A stretch of 64,000 nt of DNA from the human T2T-CHM13v2.0 reference genome, Homo sapiens. The notes under the pieces were generated by a model. It had not been told where the DNA came from. It searched no databases and saw only the letters and a list, made by a program, of their open reading frames with translations. Each line of letters opens with the position of its first letter. Positions within the stretch are counted from its first letter, which is position 1. The position numbers were made by a program, and so were the translations under genes. Location of the stretch: the NCBI RefSeq assembly GCF_009914755.1, contig NC_060931.1. One strand, given 5' to 3'. This document shows positions 39,976 through 54,458 of the stretch, in pieces.

Positions 39976-42019
39976 GAAGAAGACCCCACATCTTTTAAGG
40001 AATTTGTCTTAGTTAAGGTAACACTAGCAGCTGAAACAAACCCTAAAAGTAAGTCCTTACAATTATTTCTCTTTTGTTCTCTGTTTCAAAGGATTTCAGA
40101 TGAACTTCTGCCCTTTTAACTCATAATTATTCATGAAATATAATTGAGAACATTAGCATTTTCACTCTCTTCTCATTCCACTTCTGTCATGCCATCCTGA
40201 AGATATATTTACCTATGTCTTGGCTGTTTCTCCGAACATTATTAGCTGCTCTTTTATAAAACATCTCTTAGGATAATTTACTCTGTAAGGTGGCTAAACC
40301 CACCCATCTTATGTTAGCTTTTGTCTGTATTACTCTCAAATGAACTCTGTGGTCAAATTCTAAAAGTACTTTAAGCATAGAAGTTATAAATGTTCAATGA
40401 AATCAAATGCCCAATGCTGGAAGATCATGTAAATATTTCTCATTTCAATTAATATTGGCTGTGTCGTTTATGTGCTGAGTTCTTTCATATACTTTTGTGT
40501 CATTTTTACTGTCTTCAACAGAAGTTATTTCAATTTAATTTTAACAGAATATTGACAATTTTGAGTTATAGCTATTGATATTCATGTTCCTAAAGGGTTT
40601 TTGCTAAGTTTTTGTTTGTGTGACATTCCCAAATGTTATACTTACTTACTAATTATTTTCTATCTTTTTAATTTTTATACCCTCAAATGTGTGTTTATAA
40701 CCAATGTTCCTAAGGTGTTGGTTATATAGAAATGAATTCTCTAAAGCCATTATTCACAGAACTTTCAGCTGACTACTTGCTCCCAAAAGGCAGTTTCCTG
40801 ATTTCTGCATACTGGCGTATCATGCAAACATCTGTAAGCATATCCATTTCTACTAAGATCGGACTGTTCTGTCTGTGTTATTTTCCTTCGTATACTTTTA
40901 CGTTTTGTATGTGTTTACTCTGACCATTTTTAGAAGCTTAAGCTTCTTCAACTTGATATGTGATAAATCATGTAATTTGAGGCGATGCATTTCCTAAATT
41001 AGTTTGTTTGGCATCATAAAAACCTTATATTTAACTTGTTTTAGCTCACATTTTCTGTTTTCTACCTTAAAATGACTTTTTCTAACTGATGTTCATATGA
41101 TGAGGAATATGGAAAAAAGTTCTAAAATTGTTGTTTTCACAGGCTTGTCATTTATATCTGTTGCACTTCACCGGGGTGTGGAAAGAAAAATAAAGAAAAG
41201 ATTCTAATGTTTATGGATGGCCTACTAGGCACTAGACTTTTCATATGATCAGGAGCATTTTTGTGTGTCCCCAAAGCAATTCACTGTGGACATATACAGC
41301 TGGAACACAGGTGAGCGTGTTCTCACACCCTGATTACCTGGGCAAGATTTTCCTTGGGTTTATACCATAACCCCAGCAGGTCAAAGACCACATTGTAATA
41401 AACTCATTAGTTTGTAAATTGCATAATTGCTTAATATAAAATTCATAATCCTCCTATGTCCAGTAGAAGAAAGAAGTAGAAATAAACATGAAAATACCTT
41501 TGACCAGCAAATATCTCCACCCTCCAGGGAGAGGTAGTAGCTTCTAGGGAAACCATCTTGGAGAGGGTCCTGTCTTCCCCTGAGGTGGGCTCTGAATCCA
41601 GCACTCTTCCCCTTTCAGAATAAAGATTAGAGAATAATTCTAATACACGATCTACAGTGGTGGTTTGTGTCTTAGGAGACCCTCCCTTCAGGCAGGTTCT
41701 AATAAGCCCCACCGGGACACCTTGGCCCCTCCGTTGACTCCCCAGTCTGCTCTGTGCCTCCCTCACCAGCTCCCCAAAGCATCTCCATACCTTGGAGGGT
41801 CACTTGGAACCAGCTAACTTTTCAGGGTCCTTTCTTCCCAGTTCTGCTGCAACACAAGTAACCCAGATTACATCAGGGAGAGGCTGAGCTACAGAGGTTC
41901 CTGCCAGGAGCTTATTCATTGTCACACTGGTTCTGCTTCCTGACAGGTTCACTTGAACCATCTGAAGCTTGGGGAACAAGGGCAGTGCTGGGATTCATGA
42001 AATCCAAGCATTCCGGGAC

Positions 42020-42460
42020 TATAATGAAAGATGTTGTCTCAGAGGTGTGCTCTGTGGCTGTCGGTGTTTGTTAATTGTGCATCCTGCTGGGGTTAAGAAA
42101 AGAAATAGAAAAAACCAATTGTCTTGTCTCTCCTTCCCCAAGGAGATGAGCATGCAGGAGGTTTCATGGCCCAGCTCCTCCAGTGATCCCTCAGCTGTCA
42201 ACCAGGCTGAGCACATCAGAGAATAACACCTCCTTTTCTGAGGATTCTGATACATTTTCAATCAGAAACAGAAGCAAAGATTCTGCAGCTCCCACAGAAA
42301 CTCCCAGAAACCTTCAGGTGCTTCACTCTTCTGAGATCCTTGAGTCCAAATGTGGGAGCTAACCAGGTTGCCTCTTTTTACTTTACCATGAATTCCTCCT
42401 AGACATGTTGTAGCTCCTGGTCTTGGTTAACTTTCACATCCACTACAAACATTGGTAAGG
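42020..42460 (+). promoter_or_regulatory. Candidate OR promoter and 5' non-coding exon for the intact OR2A gene
   Basis: Homeodomain-like TAATGA 42022-42027 and TAATTG 42072-42077; O/E(EBF)-like tccccaaggag 42135-42145; donor TTG|GTAAGG at 42454/42455; acceptor ttttcacag at 48036-48037. Confidence 0.35.
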
Positions 42461-43881
42461 AAATTCACTCCTCTCTAATTATGTGCTGATTATCTTTCTG
42501 CAATGGGGATAGTTTGAGGGAAAGTTCATGCTAACTTCTTTGAACATATTATCACAAATAATGTATGTATGTAGAGAATTAAGCTAATTTTTTATATGAT
42601 GGAGAAGTAACTGCATGAAAGCAACAAAACTATAAACATCAATGCCAGATTTAAATAAATAAAGAATACATCATCCATAAAATTAACATGTTGACTTCCA
42701 CTGCCATAATCAAGACTACAAAATCAGCTTTAGAGGATCATGGTTTTAAGGGACTATTGTGAACCTTGAAGAGGCAATGCTTGTCAGGTTCATACAATCT
42801 TCAGGCTACTCAAGAAATTGTTAAAGACTGATAATAATTGATCTCAGCCATTAAGTGTTCACTGCATACCAGAAATGTGTTCAATGTATAACACAGATCA
42901 TCTCAATTAATCTTCACAACCACCTCATAAAATAGGTACTATCACTTTTCTCCTTTTTAAAAAAGAGGAAACGAGTTTGGAGAGGCTAAGATATGTGCTC
43001 AAGGTCATATAACTAATAAATGTGCATCTGACCACTAAGCCCATGGCTCTTTAATTGCTACTTTTTTTGTTTCTTTCAGTGTTTACTCTGCCTGAGAACC
43101 TGATTCACAGAAGAATGTGGAGAGTTCATTAATGTTTTGCTTTCTCATATTTAATCAAATTGATATCTAGTTAGTCAATAAATAATTATTGAACACCTAC
43201 CATATTCCAGGCACAATATATAGTCAAATGTATTTCACCTTTTTAGTCACTTACTAGATCAATAAATCAAATGAATGAATGAATGCCTAAATATCATTTT
43301 TTGTGTTTTTTTTTGTTGTTGTTTGTTTGTTTGTTTTTTTACCGTCTTTGGACTGAATCTGGAATTTCTGGCTTGCTTAAATCTTGCCTACTATAATCGG
43401 TATACTTGAAAGACACTACTATTTCTCCACCCACCCCCACCCCATAGTTTCTTTCATTCTATGTGATACAAAGAAAATCTCATTTAAATGCAAATGGATT
43501 AAATTCATCAAAGGATTGGAAAAAGTGAAAGAAGATACTAAAAATAAAATTAAATATAACCCAGTTGCAAACATAACGTTCAGGCATTGTGTATGTTTTA
43601 AATGATATATATGTACAAGTTAGCCATTTAAAAATTTGGCAAATTATTTTATGACTAATAAATTATCCAACATCTCCATGATTTCTAAGTAAATATGTAA
43701 GACTGAAATCATTTCTTTGCAGATGACCAAACCTGTCTATTTCAAAAAGTAAAACTTAAGATCTGATGAGCCAACAAACTCCTAATGAGTCACATCATAT
43801 TCTTTAAATAAAAGCTATTTTTAAATCCTCAGGTCAAATAAAGTATTAGATGCTTTACTCCCGAGTAATAAGAATATTTGA

Positions 43882-44192
43882 GGCCAGGTGCAGTGGCTCA
43901 TGTCTGTATTCTCAGCACTTTGGGAGGCTGAGGCAGAAGGACTGCTTGAGGCCAGTAGTTTGAGACCAGCCTGGACAACACAGTGAGACCCTATCTCTAA
44001 AAAAAAGTTTTTAAAAAAAGGTAGCCAGACATGGTAGAGCACACGTGTAATCCCAGCTACTGGGGAGGCTAGGTGGGAGGATCACCTGAGCCTAGGGAGG
44101 TTGAGGTTGCAACGAACTATGATTGCGCCACTGCACTCCAGCCTAAGTGACAGAACGAGATCCTGCCTCAAAAAGAGAAAGAAAAAAAAAAA
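43882..44192 (+). mobile_element. Alu (AluJ-like), left arm of the palindrome
   Basis: Full dimer. Confidence 0.9.
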
Positions 44193-44234
44193 GACAAAGG
44201 AGTGTTATGAGTGTATTAGTTTTAACAAATATTC

Positions 44235-44609
<375 letters not shown>

Positions 44610-44841
44610 TAAAAATAGCTTTCATTTTAAGAATGTTGTGTGACTCATTAGAAAGGAGTTTGTCAGCTCATCAGATCTTAAGTTTTACCTTTTGAAGTAG
44701 ACAGGTTTCGTCATGTGTAAAGAAATGATTTCAGTCTTACATATTTACTTAGAAGCCATGGAAACGTTGGTTAATTTATTAGTCATCAAATAATTTGCCA
44801 AATTTTTAAATGGCTAACTTGTACATATATATCACTTAAAG

Positions 44842-45040
44842 CAAGCTTGTCCAAATTGCAGGTGGCCCAGGACAGCTTTGAATGTGGCCCAACACAAATT
44901 TGTAAATTTTCTTAAAATATTATGTGATTTTTTTTTAAGTTCGTTAGCCATCGTTAGTGTTAGTGGATTTTATGTGTGGCTCAAGACAATTCTTCTTCTT
45001 TCAACATGGTCCAGGGAAGCCAAAAGATTGGACACCCCTG
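44842..45040 (-). mobile_element. MER30 (hAT-Charlie) inserted in the right arm only
   Basis: caagcttgtccaa...gggaagccaaaagattggacacccctg = reverse complement of MER30 termini as recalled. Confidence 0.85.
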
Positions 45041-45629
45041 AAAGTATACACAATGCCTGAATGTTACATTTGCAACTGGGTTATATTTAATTTTTTTTTT
45101 TAGTCTCTCCTTTCACTTTTGCCAACCCTTTGGTAAATTTAATCCATTGAGTTAAGTAAGATGTTCTTTGTATCATGTAGAATGAAAGAAACTATGGGGG
45201 AGAAAAAGAAAACAAAAGTGTCTTTCAAGTATTCAGATTATAGTAGACATTCCAGATTCAGTCAAAGGATGGTTAAAAAAACTATGCATTCATTCATTTA
45301 TTCATTTGTATTTATTGATTAATTTGTCCACACAGTAAGTATTTACTGTCAGGATTACAAAAGTGAGAGCACCTTTTCCTTGTTCACAAGGAGTGTGTTA
45401 ACAACCCAGTCCTGTAAAAGAAATCAGGGTTTCAACCCATGTGGCAATTGTCCTTAAAGAATCTGAGTGTCTTCACCAAGCTCTCCTTTCTTCTTGACTC
45501 TCCATCTAGCTTTCAAAGAAATTCATACTTGTGCATAGTGGATTTTTTTTCTTTGTATAATCATTTGGGGAGTTACAAAAGGAAATAATGAAGGACTAAA
45601 TAAAGAAATTAAGTTTTTTATAAGATGTA

Positions 45630-45937
45630 GACTGGGTACACGGTTCATGCCTACAATCCCAGCACTTTGGGAGGCTGAGGTGGGAGGAGCACTTGAACCC
45701 AAAAGTTTGAAACCAGCCTGGGTGACATAATAATACATTGTCTGTACAAAAAATATTTATTTAAAAAAATTAGCTAGGTATGGTGGCATGCACCTGTAAT
45801 CCCAGCTACTTGGGAGGCTGAGGGGGAGGATCACTTGAATCTGATATGTCAAAACTACAGTGAGCCGTAATCACACCACCGCATTCCAGGGCAGGTTTCA
45901 CAGGGAAACCGTCTCAAAAAAATAAATAAATAAATAA
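45630..45937 (+). mobile_element. Alu (AluJ-like)
   Basis: Full dimer. Confidence 0.85.
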
Positions 45938-46234
45938 AGATGTTTATAAGGTGTAAATTCAAATGCATTTCACAACCAAATATTTCATATGCTTTGCGTG
46001 TTTTCCAATTAAATGTAGAAGGTTGGCCTAGGAGAGTATTTTTTAAATAGAATCCTGAAAAAAAAATATAACCCTTGGCCATGTGTTATGAAGTTACAAT
46101 ATTCACTAGAATTTATTTGTGTCTTGCTGATAATAATCAACAATTTATTGATAATGCTTATAAGTATACAATCATTTGTTACCACTGGAAAAGGATCCAG
46201 TGGGAACGTTCTTTAGGGCTCCAATTAGATTAGT

Positions 46235-46686
46235 TTTTTAACTTTTTCTTTTCTAACTTTTAAGTTCAGGGGTACAAATGCAGGTTTGTTACATAGGTAA
46301 ACAAACTTGTGTCTTGAGGGTTTTTTGTACAAATTATCTCATCACCCAGATATTAAGCCTAGTACCCATTAGTTATTTTTTGTGATCCTCTTCCTCCTCC
46401 CACCCTTTACCCTGTGATAGGCCCCAGTACTGTGTTGTTCCCCTCTATGTGTCCATGTGTTCTCATCATTTAGCTCCTGCTTATATGTGAGAACATTCGG
46501 TATTTGGTTTTCTGTTCCTGCATTAGTTTGCTAAGGATAATGGTCTCCAGCTCCATCCATGTCCATCAAAGGACAAGATCTCATTCTTTTTTTATGGCTG
46601 CATAGTATTCCATGGTGTATATGTACCACATTTTCTTTATCCAGTCTATCGTTGGTGGACATTTAGGGTGGTTCCATGTCTTTGCT
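46235..46686 (-). mobile_element. L1PA/PB 3' end fragment
   Basis: ttaagttcaggggtacaaatgcaggtttgttacatagg...gctgcatagtattccatggtgtatatgtaccacattttc. Confidence 0.85.
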
Positions 46687-47116
46687 CCAATGACAGCTGG
46701 ACCAGGGTCTTATCAAAAGCAGCATATTTCCTTAATCTGGAGAAGTTCTCCTTAATCCAGAGAAGCTTTTTTTTTCAGAGATAAGCAGGTTCAACGGCTC
46801 AGCCGCAGGTTATTTTTGCCTAGCAAAGGCACTAACAAAAACATGTGCACTGGCAAAATACTGGATTTCTACATGGTATATTGAGGAAAATGTTATCTAG
46901 GACTTAAGGACAAAAACCCAAATATTATTTGGCACATCACCAATTCACAAATACCAATTACCTGACAATTTATTGCTATAATAATCTGCAAAATAATGAA
47001 GTCACTAAATTAGCTCTTTGCAAAAAAAGTTTTAATTAGCCACCTGTAAAGTGTTTAGCAATTCTTATGTTGCTGAAGCACAATTAATTTTTTATGAATG
47101 GTCATTTCTGGTGTTT

Positions 47117-47321
47117 TTGAAAGATACTTCATTTAAATTTTTTCTCCATAGTTTCTTTCATTCTACATGTAAAAAGAACATCTTACTTAAACACAAATGG
47201 ATTAAATTTACCAAAGGGTTGGCAAAAGTGAAAGGAGAGACTAGAAAAGAAATGATATATAACGCAGTGGCAAACATAACATTCAGGCATTGTGAATGTT
47301 TTAAATGATACGTATGTACAA
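47117..47321 (+). repeat. Third (~205 bp) copy of the palindrome's unique flank
   Basis: ORFs 43384 and 47051 share KWIKF.KGL.KVK...YN.VANITFRHC.CFK; 47196-47243 is the exact reverse complement of 45101-45148. Confidence 0.9.
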
Positions 47322-48041
47322 ACTCGCCCAGAAAAATCTAATTTCTACAAATTGTGTGAGTTGTTATTCAAAACCAGTTTTTGGTAAATCAGTAACTGTG
47401 CATCAATCAGTAGATTAACTGCCAAATCACCAATTATCGGTTCCTATTTATGACCCATTGTAAAATAAAGATTGCAATTAGAACCCATTTGTAGCACATC
47501 CATTAGTTCCTTCTCAGGAACCCAAACAATCACAATGTCATTAAAATTGTTTTTTGTCTTTCTACTTCTTCTGTTATTATATAAACTGCTCCAGAGTGCA
47601 AAGGTTGATTTCAGATGTTGAAAGCAAAATAGTTGATATTTCTACTGAGAAACTGGGATTACATCATCTTTTTTTCTAGGACTACTCTAATTCCCATATT
47701 TGGAGTTCTTCCATTACTGATTATTTCTACACTTCAGGAATTCTCTTAGTAATTTTTATATGTGCAGCTTCAAGACAATCCTTATTAGATGGTCATTTTA
47801 CTTCCACTTTTGGTACGACATTCTTTCTTCCCATGATGTGTCAATGGCTCTATGTATCCTATCATTGGTGACACAATCCCTTCTATAACACTGGATACTT
47901 ACAATCAGTAATTAACTTAATGTGTAGCTCAATCACTAATGTTAAAAGTTTATCTTTTAAAAATGACTAAATTCATAAAATAATGTCTAGGTGTTTTTTG
48001 ACAATCTGGTCCTAAGTGATCTTTTTCTTTTTCACAGGGAA

Positions 48042-48974
48042 ATGGGGGAAAATCAGACAATGGTCACAGAGTTCCTCCTACTGGGATTTCTCCTGGGCCC
48101 AAGGATTCAGATGCTCCTCTTTGGGCTCTTCTCCCTGTTCTATATCTTCACCCTGCTGGGGAACGGGGCCATCCTGGGGCTCATCTCACTGGACTCCAGA
48201 CTCCACACCCCCATGTACTTCTTCCTCTCACACCTGGCTGTCGTCGACATCGCCTACGCCTGCAACACGGTGCCCCAGATGCTGGCGAACCTCCTGCATC
48301 CAGCCAAGCCCATCTCCTTTGCTGGCTGCATGACGCAGACCTTTCTCTGTTTGAGTTTTGGACACAGCGAATGTCTCCTGCTGGTGCTGATGTCCTACGA
48401 TCGTTACGTGGCCATCTGCCACCCTCTCCGATACTCCGTCATCATGACCTGGAGAGTCTGCATCACCCTGGCCGTCACTTCCTGGACGTGTGGCTCCCTC
48501 CTGGCTCTGGCCCATGTGGTTCTCATCCTAAGACTGCCCTTCTGTGGGCCTCATGAAATCAACCACTTCTTCTGTGAAATCCTGTCTGTCCTCAGGCTGG
48601 CCTGTGCTGACACCTGGCTCAACCAGGTGGTCATCTTTGCAGCCTGCGTGTTCTTCCTGGTGGGACCACCCAGCCTGGTGCTTGTCTCCTACTCGCACAT
48701 CCTGGCGGCCATCCTGAGGATCCAGTCTGGGGAGGGCCGCAGAAAGGCCTTCTCCACCTGCTCCTCCCACCTCTGCGTGGTGGGACTCTTCTTTGGCAGT
48801 GCCATCATCATGTACATGGCCCCCAAGTCCCGCCATCCTGAGGAGCAGCAAAAGGTCTTTTTTCTATTTTACAGTTTTTTCAACCCAACACTTAACCCCC
48901 TGATTTACAGCCTGAGGAACGGAGAGGTCAAGGGTGCCCTGAGGAGAGCACTGGGCAAGGAAAGTCATTCCTAA
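48042..48974 (+). CDS. OR2A1: Olfactory receptor 2A1/2A42, intact 310-aa class A GPCR
   Basis: MGENQTMVTEFLLLG (N-glycosylation NQT), LHTPMYFFLSHL, MSYDRYVAICHPLRY, KAFSTCSSHL, PTLNPLIYSLRN...GKESHS*; acceptor 4 nt before ATG. OR2A1 and OR2A42 are near-identical duplicates. Confidence 0.9.
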   Translation: MGENQTMVTEFLLLGFLLGPRIQMLLFGLFSLFYIFTLLGNGAILGLISLDSRLHTPMYFFLSHLAVVDIAYACNTVPQMLANLLHPAKPISFAGCMTQTFLCLSFGHSECLLLVLMSYDRYVAICHPLRYSVIMTWRVCITLAVTSWTCGSLLALAHVVLILRLPFCGPHEINHFFCEILSVLRLACADTWLNQVVIFAACVFFLVGPPSLVLVSYSHILAAILRIQSGEGRRKAFSTCSSHLCVVGLFFGSAIIMYMAPKSRHPEEQQKVFFLFYSFFNPTLNPLIYSLRNGEVKGALRRALGKESHS

Positions 48975-50334
48975 CTGGTGTGACATTTGACTCTCCCTCC
49001 TCAGTCATCTCCTGGAATCTTGGTACCAAATACCACCTAAGTTCACTACTCTCTTTATATCTGAGACTAAATGAACCAAGAGACTCTGTAAAGCATTCCT
49101 TTTTCCTGCCTGGGAAGTATTTAGTTTTTGATGCATTTGTTATACTTAACATTTTTTAATTTAAGCACTTATTGAGTTGAGAATGTCGGGGAAAGATTTA
49201 TTTTGTACACTGCTATGAGTCCAGAAGTTTAAAACAGACACTCCACCTGTGACTTAGTCAGGTATGCTCAGTAGTAGAGGAATAGCAGTTATTACCAGAT
49301 AAAGTCATATCTATAAAAAGTTTTTAAAAATACAGCCACAGGCAGAGACTCCAGAACCCATTGATACCTCTGTCCATTTTCATCCTCATTTGGATGTTTC
49401 CCCTCAATTGTACTTCCTTTCTTATAAGCAGTAAATGTACCTAAGTGCCTACTTCAGCTTGGAGGGAAATTGATTTTTATAAAATCCTACAAACTGACAA
49501 TTTCTGTTGTCAGAGAGAGTGAATCCATAAACATTCAGCTGGCAATCTGAAGCAATTACACAACAAAATCCACTTTCCAACCTGCCCTGAGATTGTGATG
49601 GTCACTTGTTTCTACTCTTCTCACCTCCTCCAGGGGACTGTCTATGATTGTCTCTAAATAAGCACATGCTCTTCACTTAGAGGAAGTTAGTACCACCACA
49701 CAACTTTTCACTGCTGGGGACGAATGGAAAGCCCCACACAGAGACAATTCAATGGAAAAAAGCGTTTTAATAATGTTAATAGTTAGCATTATTATAAATT
49801 ACTCTGCACCATCCACTGCACATTGATAGGTACTTTATAGAGATAACCTCAGTTTATCATTATAGCCAATTCATTTCCCATTATTATCCCATTTTATAGA
49901 TGTGAACTTTAAGCAGACGGTAAATGTTAGACTCATACCCAATCTGGCTCCCAAGCCTTCTTTACTTAACCAGGACAATGTGGGACTTTATTAGCAACAT
50001 TTCAAATTAAGAATAAGTCTAACCAATCCTAACGTAGGATATGTTAAGTGAATGTGGGTTTCTTCCCCATCTAGAATGTGCCATGATGAGGCCAGGAGAG
50101 TCAGAGATTATTTATGGAAGGCTTCTTATCCTGTTTGACGAGTCCTGTGGGCATGGCTGCAAAGGAGGTTAAGAGATTCAGAGGAACACAGAACACAGAC
50201 AGGGTGGGAGTAGAGGCTGTTCTCAATGAGATTAGAGAGTAAGTTTAGAACTATACTTGGTTCTGGGTGGTAAGATCCAGAACAAAGACATCTCTAGTTC
50301 ACGTACAACACTCACATGCTCACGTACATGCGTG

Positions 50335-50335
<1 letters not shown>

Positions 50336-50362
<27 letters not shown>
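50336..50362 (+). repeat. (CA)n microsatellite (positional counterpart of the 33.2-kb repeat)
   Basis: Seen directly. Confidence 0.85.
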
Positions 50363-50367
<5 letters not shown>

Positions 50368-50901
50368 GCACAGTGCTTAGTGAAGCACTATTCCAAGAAC
50401 CTTACAAGTAAGAGCTCTTTAAGTCCTCATAAAAACCCTATGAGGTAGGGACTATTACTACTATTTTTAGGCGAGAAAACAGAACTATAGAGAGATTATA
50501 TAATTTAACCAATGCTCCCAGCTAATAAGTACCTAGTCCAGAATCAAACTTAGGCAATATGACTGCTGAACCCATAATCGTAACCATTATATAAAAATCA
50601 AAGAGATCATGAAATTTCCAAAGATGAAGAGGAGGAGAGATGAAAAGCAATTTTCAATCTCTAGCCAAAGATAGGCATTGGGCTCCAGACAGAAAAGTAC
50701 TTAAAGCTGGGGGAAAAACAAACAAACAAACAAACAAACAAACAAAAAACAGCTTTTTTTATACTGGTGCGTGAAATGAGATGAGGTGGTAGCAAGAAGG
50801 AACTGTGACTCCAAGGGTCAGAGACGGAGGAGGAGCCTCTTGACGGGCAGGATGGTGAAACCAAAAACAATGGATAAAACTTTTAAGTTGATGGTTCATC
50901 A

Positions 50902-51177
<276 letters not shown>

Positions 51178-52713
51178 TTAAACGGTTGTTTAGTTTCACG
51201 GCAGATGCTGCATACTGCATTGCAACTAACACTGGGAAGGGATACATTCAAGTGGCAGGACAAAGGTGAGGAGCTCTAATACCAGGGGTAGGTTTCAAGG
51301 GATGAATACTCCCCTGGTACCAGAGGAGCAGCAGGAAATCATGGTGTGCAGAAACCATGTTCAGGCGGTTGCCTGTGTGGACCCTAAATTCTGTGTGTGC
51401 AGTCCTCTCTTAGGATTGGCCCAGGCATCCAAGAAGCCCACGATGCTGCCTACCCCTTAAATACACAAGGTGCGTACCGGAGGCCCTGGTTCTAGTTCCA
51501 GATGTACCATTTGCTAGCTGTGTTTTTTGCAGAGAAGTCCCTTAAACTGCTTAAGCTTCAGTCCTTCATCTGAAAATTATGCATATGGAAGCTGTTTAGG
51601 ACACCACAGAGTGCCACTGAAAACCCAAAGCAAGATGCAAATGGACACATTTTTTTTCTGAAGACTTAAAAGTGCTATGTGAACATAAGATAAACTGTTA
51701 TGATTACCCTGCTGTCAGAAGTTATTTTAATCCTGTCAGGGTTGCTAAACTTTCTGATCTGGAACCAAAATTGCTCTTTAAACAGGAAGAGCATTGGTGC
51801 TGGTAGGTCACCTACGCCTTTGCCCTCATGGCTTCCCCATGTCCCCCCTAGAGGCACAGGAGGCCACTCACTCTTGGAGGGCATAGCTGGACCAGGAGCA
51901 TGAGCTGTGGCCCAGACTCAGGGAACCTCTGTGAGTCAGCTGGCAAAGGCTCCCGGGGAGCCTGTCTCTGAATCTGGTCCTAGCCCGTTCACTTGGAAAA
52001 AACAGGAGACTTCTCCCAAGGTCAAGGAATTCAGATTTTGGTTTTGGTTTCCAACTTTTTGTAATCCTCAACCTGGGATTTACAGTGCATGTCTCAATTA
52101 TGTTTCATTCATTGCTTCACAAAGGGAAGGACAAGCACTGGTTCATCTCTTTACACCTATACATTCCTAGCACAGAGTGAGTACTCACAAAAAACATACG
52201 GAATACATAGAGGACACTTTATCTGTTGACCCCATTTCCAAATTTTCAGTGTTGAGCCATCTTCTGATTTCTAAACTTCTTTAAATCCCTCTAATTTTAG
52301 GTTATACTACAGTAGAAATTTAATTGTAGCTGATAATTATTGAGCACTTACTATGTGGTTGGCACTGCATAAAATGCTTTAGAAAAATTCTTACATCAAA
52401 TATGTGGAGTAGGTACTAATACTATCCTAACATTAAAGGGGGGGAAATAAAGTTTAGTGTAATTAATTAATTTATTCAAGGTCGCCAAATCATTCAGTGG
52501 TAGAAACATGAATCAAGACCAGGCAGTCTGACTGTAAATAAATTCTGAGCCACTCTCTTGCAGAGGACCTCCTGATATTCATCTCCTGAATGGCTGGCAA
52601 CAGGCCTGTTCATAGTAGACACACAATAAACTTTGACTAAATGAACAAATGAGTGGTTGTGTTCAAATTTCTACTCACATCATATAGGCCTAGGGATGTG
52701 TTACCCTTTATTC

Positions 52714-53032
52714 TTTTTATTTATTTATTTATTTATTTATTTACTTATTTATTTATTTGAGAAGGAGTCTTCTTCTGTTGCCCAGTCTGGAGTGCAGTTG
52801 TTGGCTCACTGCAACTTCTGTCTCCCAGGTTTAAGTGATTCCCCTGCCTCAGCCTCCTGAGTAGCTGGGACTACAGGCGTGGGCCACCATGCCTGGCTAA
52901 TTTTGTATTTTTAGTAGAGAGGGGGTTTCCCCATGTTGGCCAGGCTGGTCTCGAACTCCTGACCTCAGGTGATCCACCCGCCTCGGCCTCCCAAAGTGCT
53001 GGGAACACAGGCGCGAGCCACCGTGCCTGGCC
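52714..53032 (-). mobile_element. Alu (AluS)
   Basis: (TTTA)n tail; full dimer. Confidence 0.9.
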
Positions 53033-54077
53033 TATTCTTTTAAGTTTGGATATCTTGTGCATTTGGTTTGTCCAATTCATCCTTTTGGCATATTCTTATG
53101 CAGTAGATATTAATAATCAAGAATATCCTATTGCTCTAGGATCACAGAGAAGAAAAGAAACAATTTAGGGTTGAAATTTAGCATTTACTATTAAAAATGC
53201 TGGGAATACTTATTTATGTTTTATCGTAGGAGTCCATGGCGATTGCCTTCTCACAGAAGTGTGCCAAATGACTGAAACTGTGATTCCAGAAGGCCAGGAT
53301 GGTACTGGTGCTACACAGGAAGTCATGTCAGGGTGTTGATCTTGAAAACTCTGGCAAGAGGGTGGAGACAACTGTAGGCAATAACTACTGGGAATGAAAG
53401 GGATGGGAATTTGTGTGTTGTAGTCAGTTTCCTTGCCGCCTGAGATTGGCACCTGCAGCATCTTTGGCACGTGGACCAGGGATTGCCAACTGCCGACCTG
53501 TGGGACTGGTGTTTACTGTTGGCTGTGAGTGTAGAGTACCATTGTTAAATACAGGTTCTTGAGAATAGACAAAAAGGAAAGACATTTGGAATGCTGTCTC
53601 ACTGGACTTCACAGCTCTCATGTTTTCGCAGCCAGCAGAGAAGTGTCTTACATCCCTTGCTTTCTTCATAAATTTTAAATAGCATTGGCTCATTTTTATC
53701 TGTGTTTTTCCAAGCTGTGTTACTCTGTTTTTAATTTTTGAAATCATGTTGTGCCAAAAGAAGAAGTGAATCCTTGAACACGGTATGATTTGGTCAACAG
53801 AATACTGGCTCAGCATGAGAATGTCTGGGCTCTCACGACAATTCCCTCACTTACACACTGTGTGACCTCAGAAAAGTTGCTTAACTCCTCTGGACTTCCA
53901 TTTCCACACATATAAAATAAAGAATTGAACTAGAAAAACTTTAAGGTCACCTCTTGTTTTCTAATTCCCTGTCTTTATTAGTTTCTTCACATTTCATATT
54001 AATTTGGATTTTCACTTTTGTCAAAGGAGTATAAAATAAATTCCATACAGAGAAAATGAAATGGACTTCTGAGGCTA

Positions 54078-54458
<381 letters not shown>

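Noticed and set aside
47991-48041. 17-aa N-terminal extension of the intact OR (327 aa)
   Set aside because: GTG start running through the polypyrimidine tract and acceptor; the true start is ATG 48042
53210-53816. Overlapping minus-strand ORFs in non-repeat sequence
   Set aside because: No recognisable domain; the paralogous segment (~35.2-36.2 kb) does not preserve the frames
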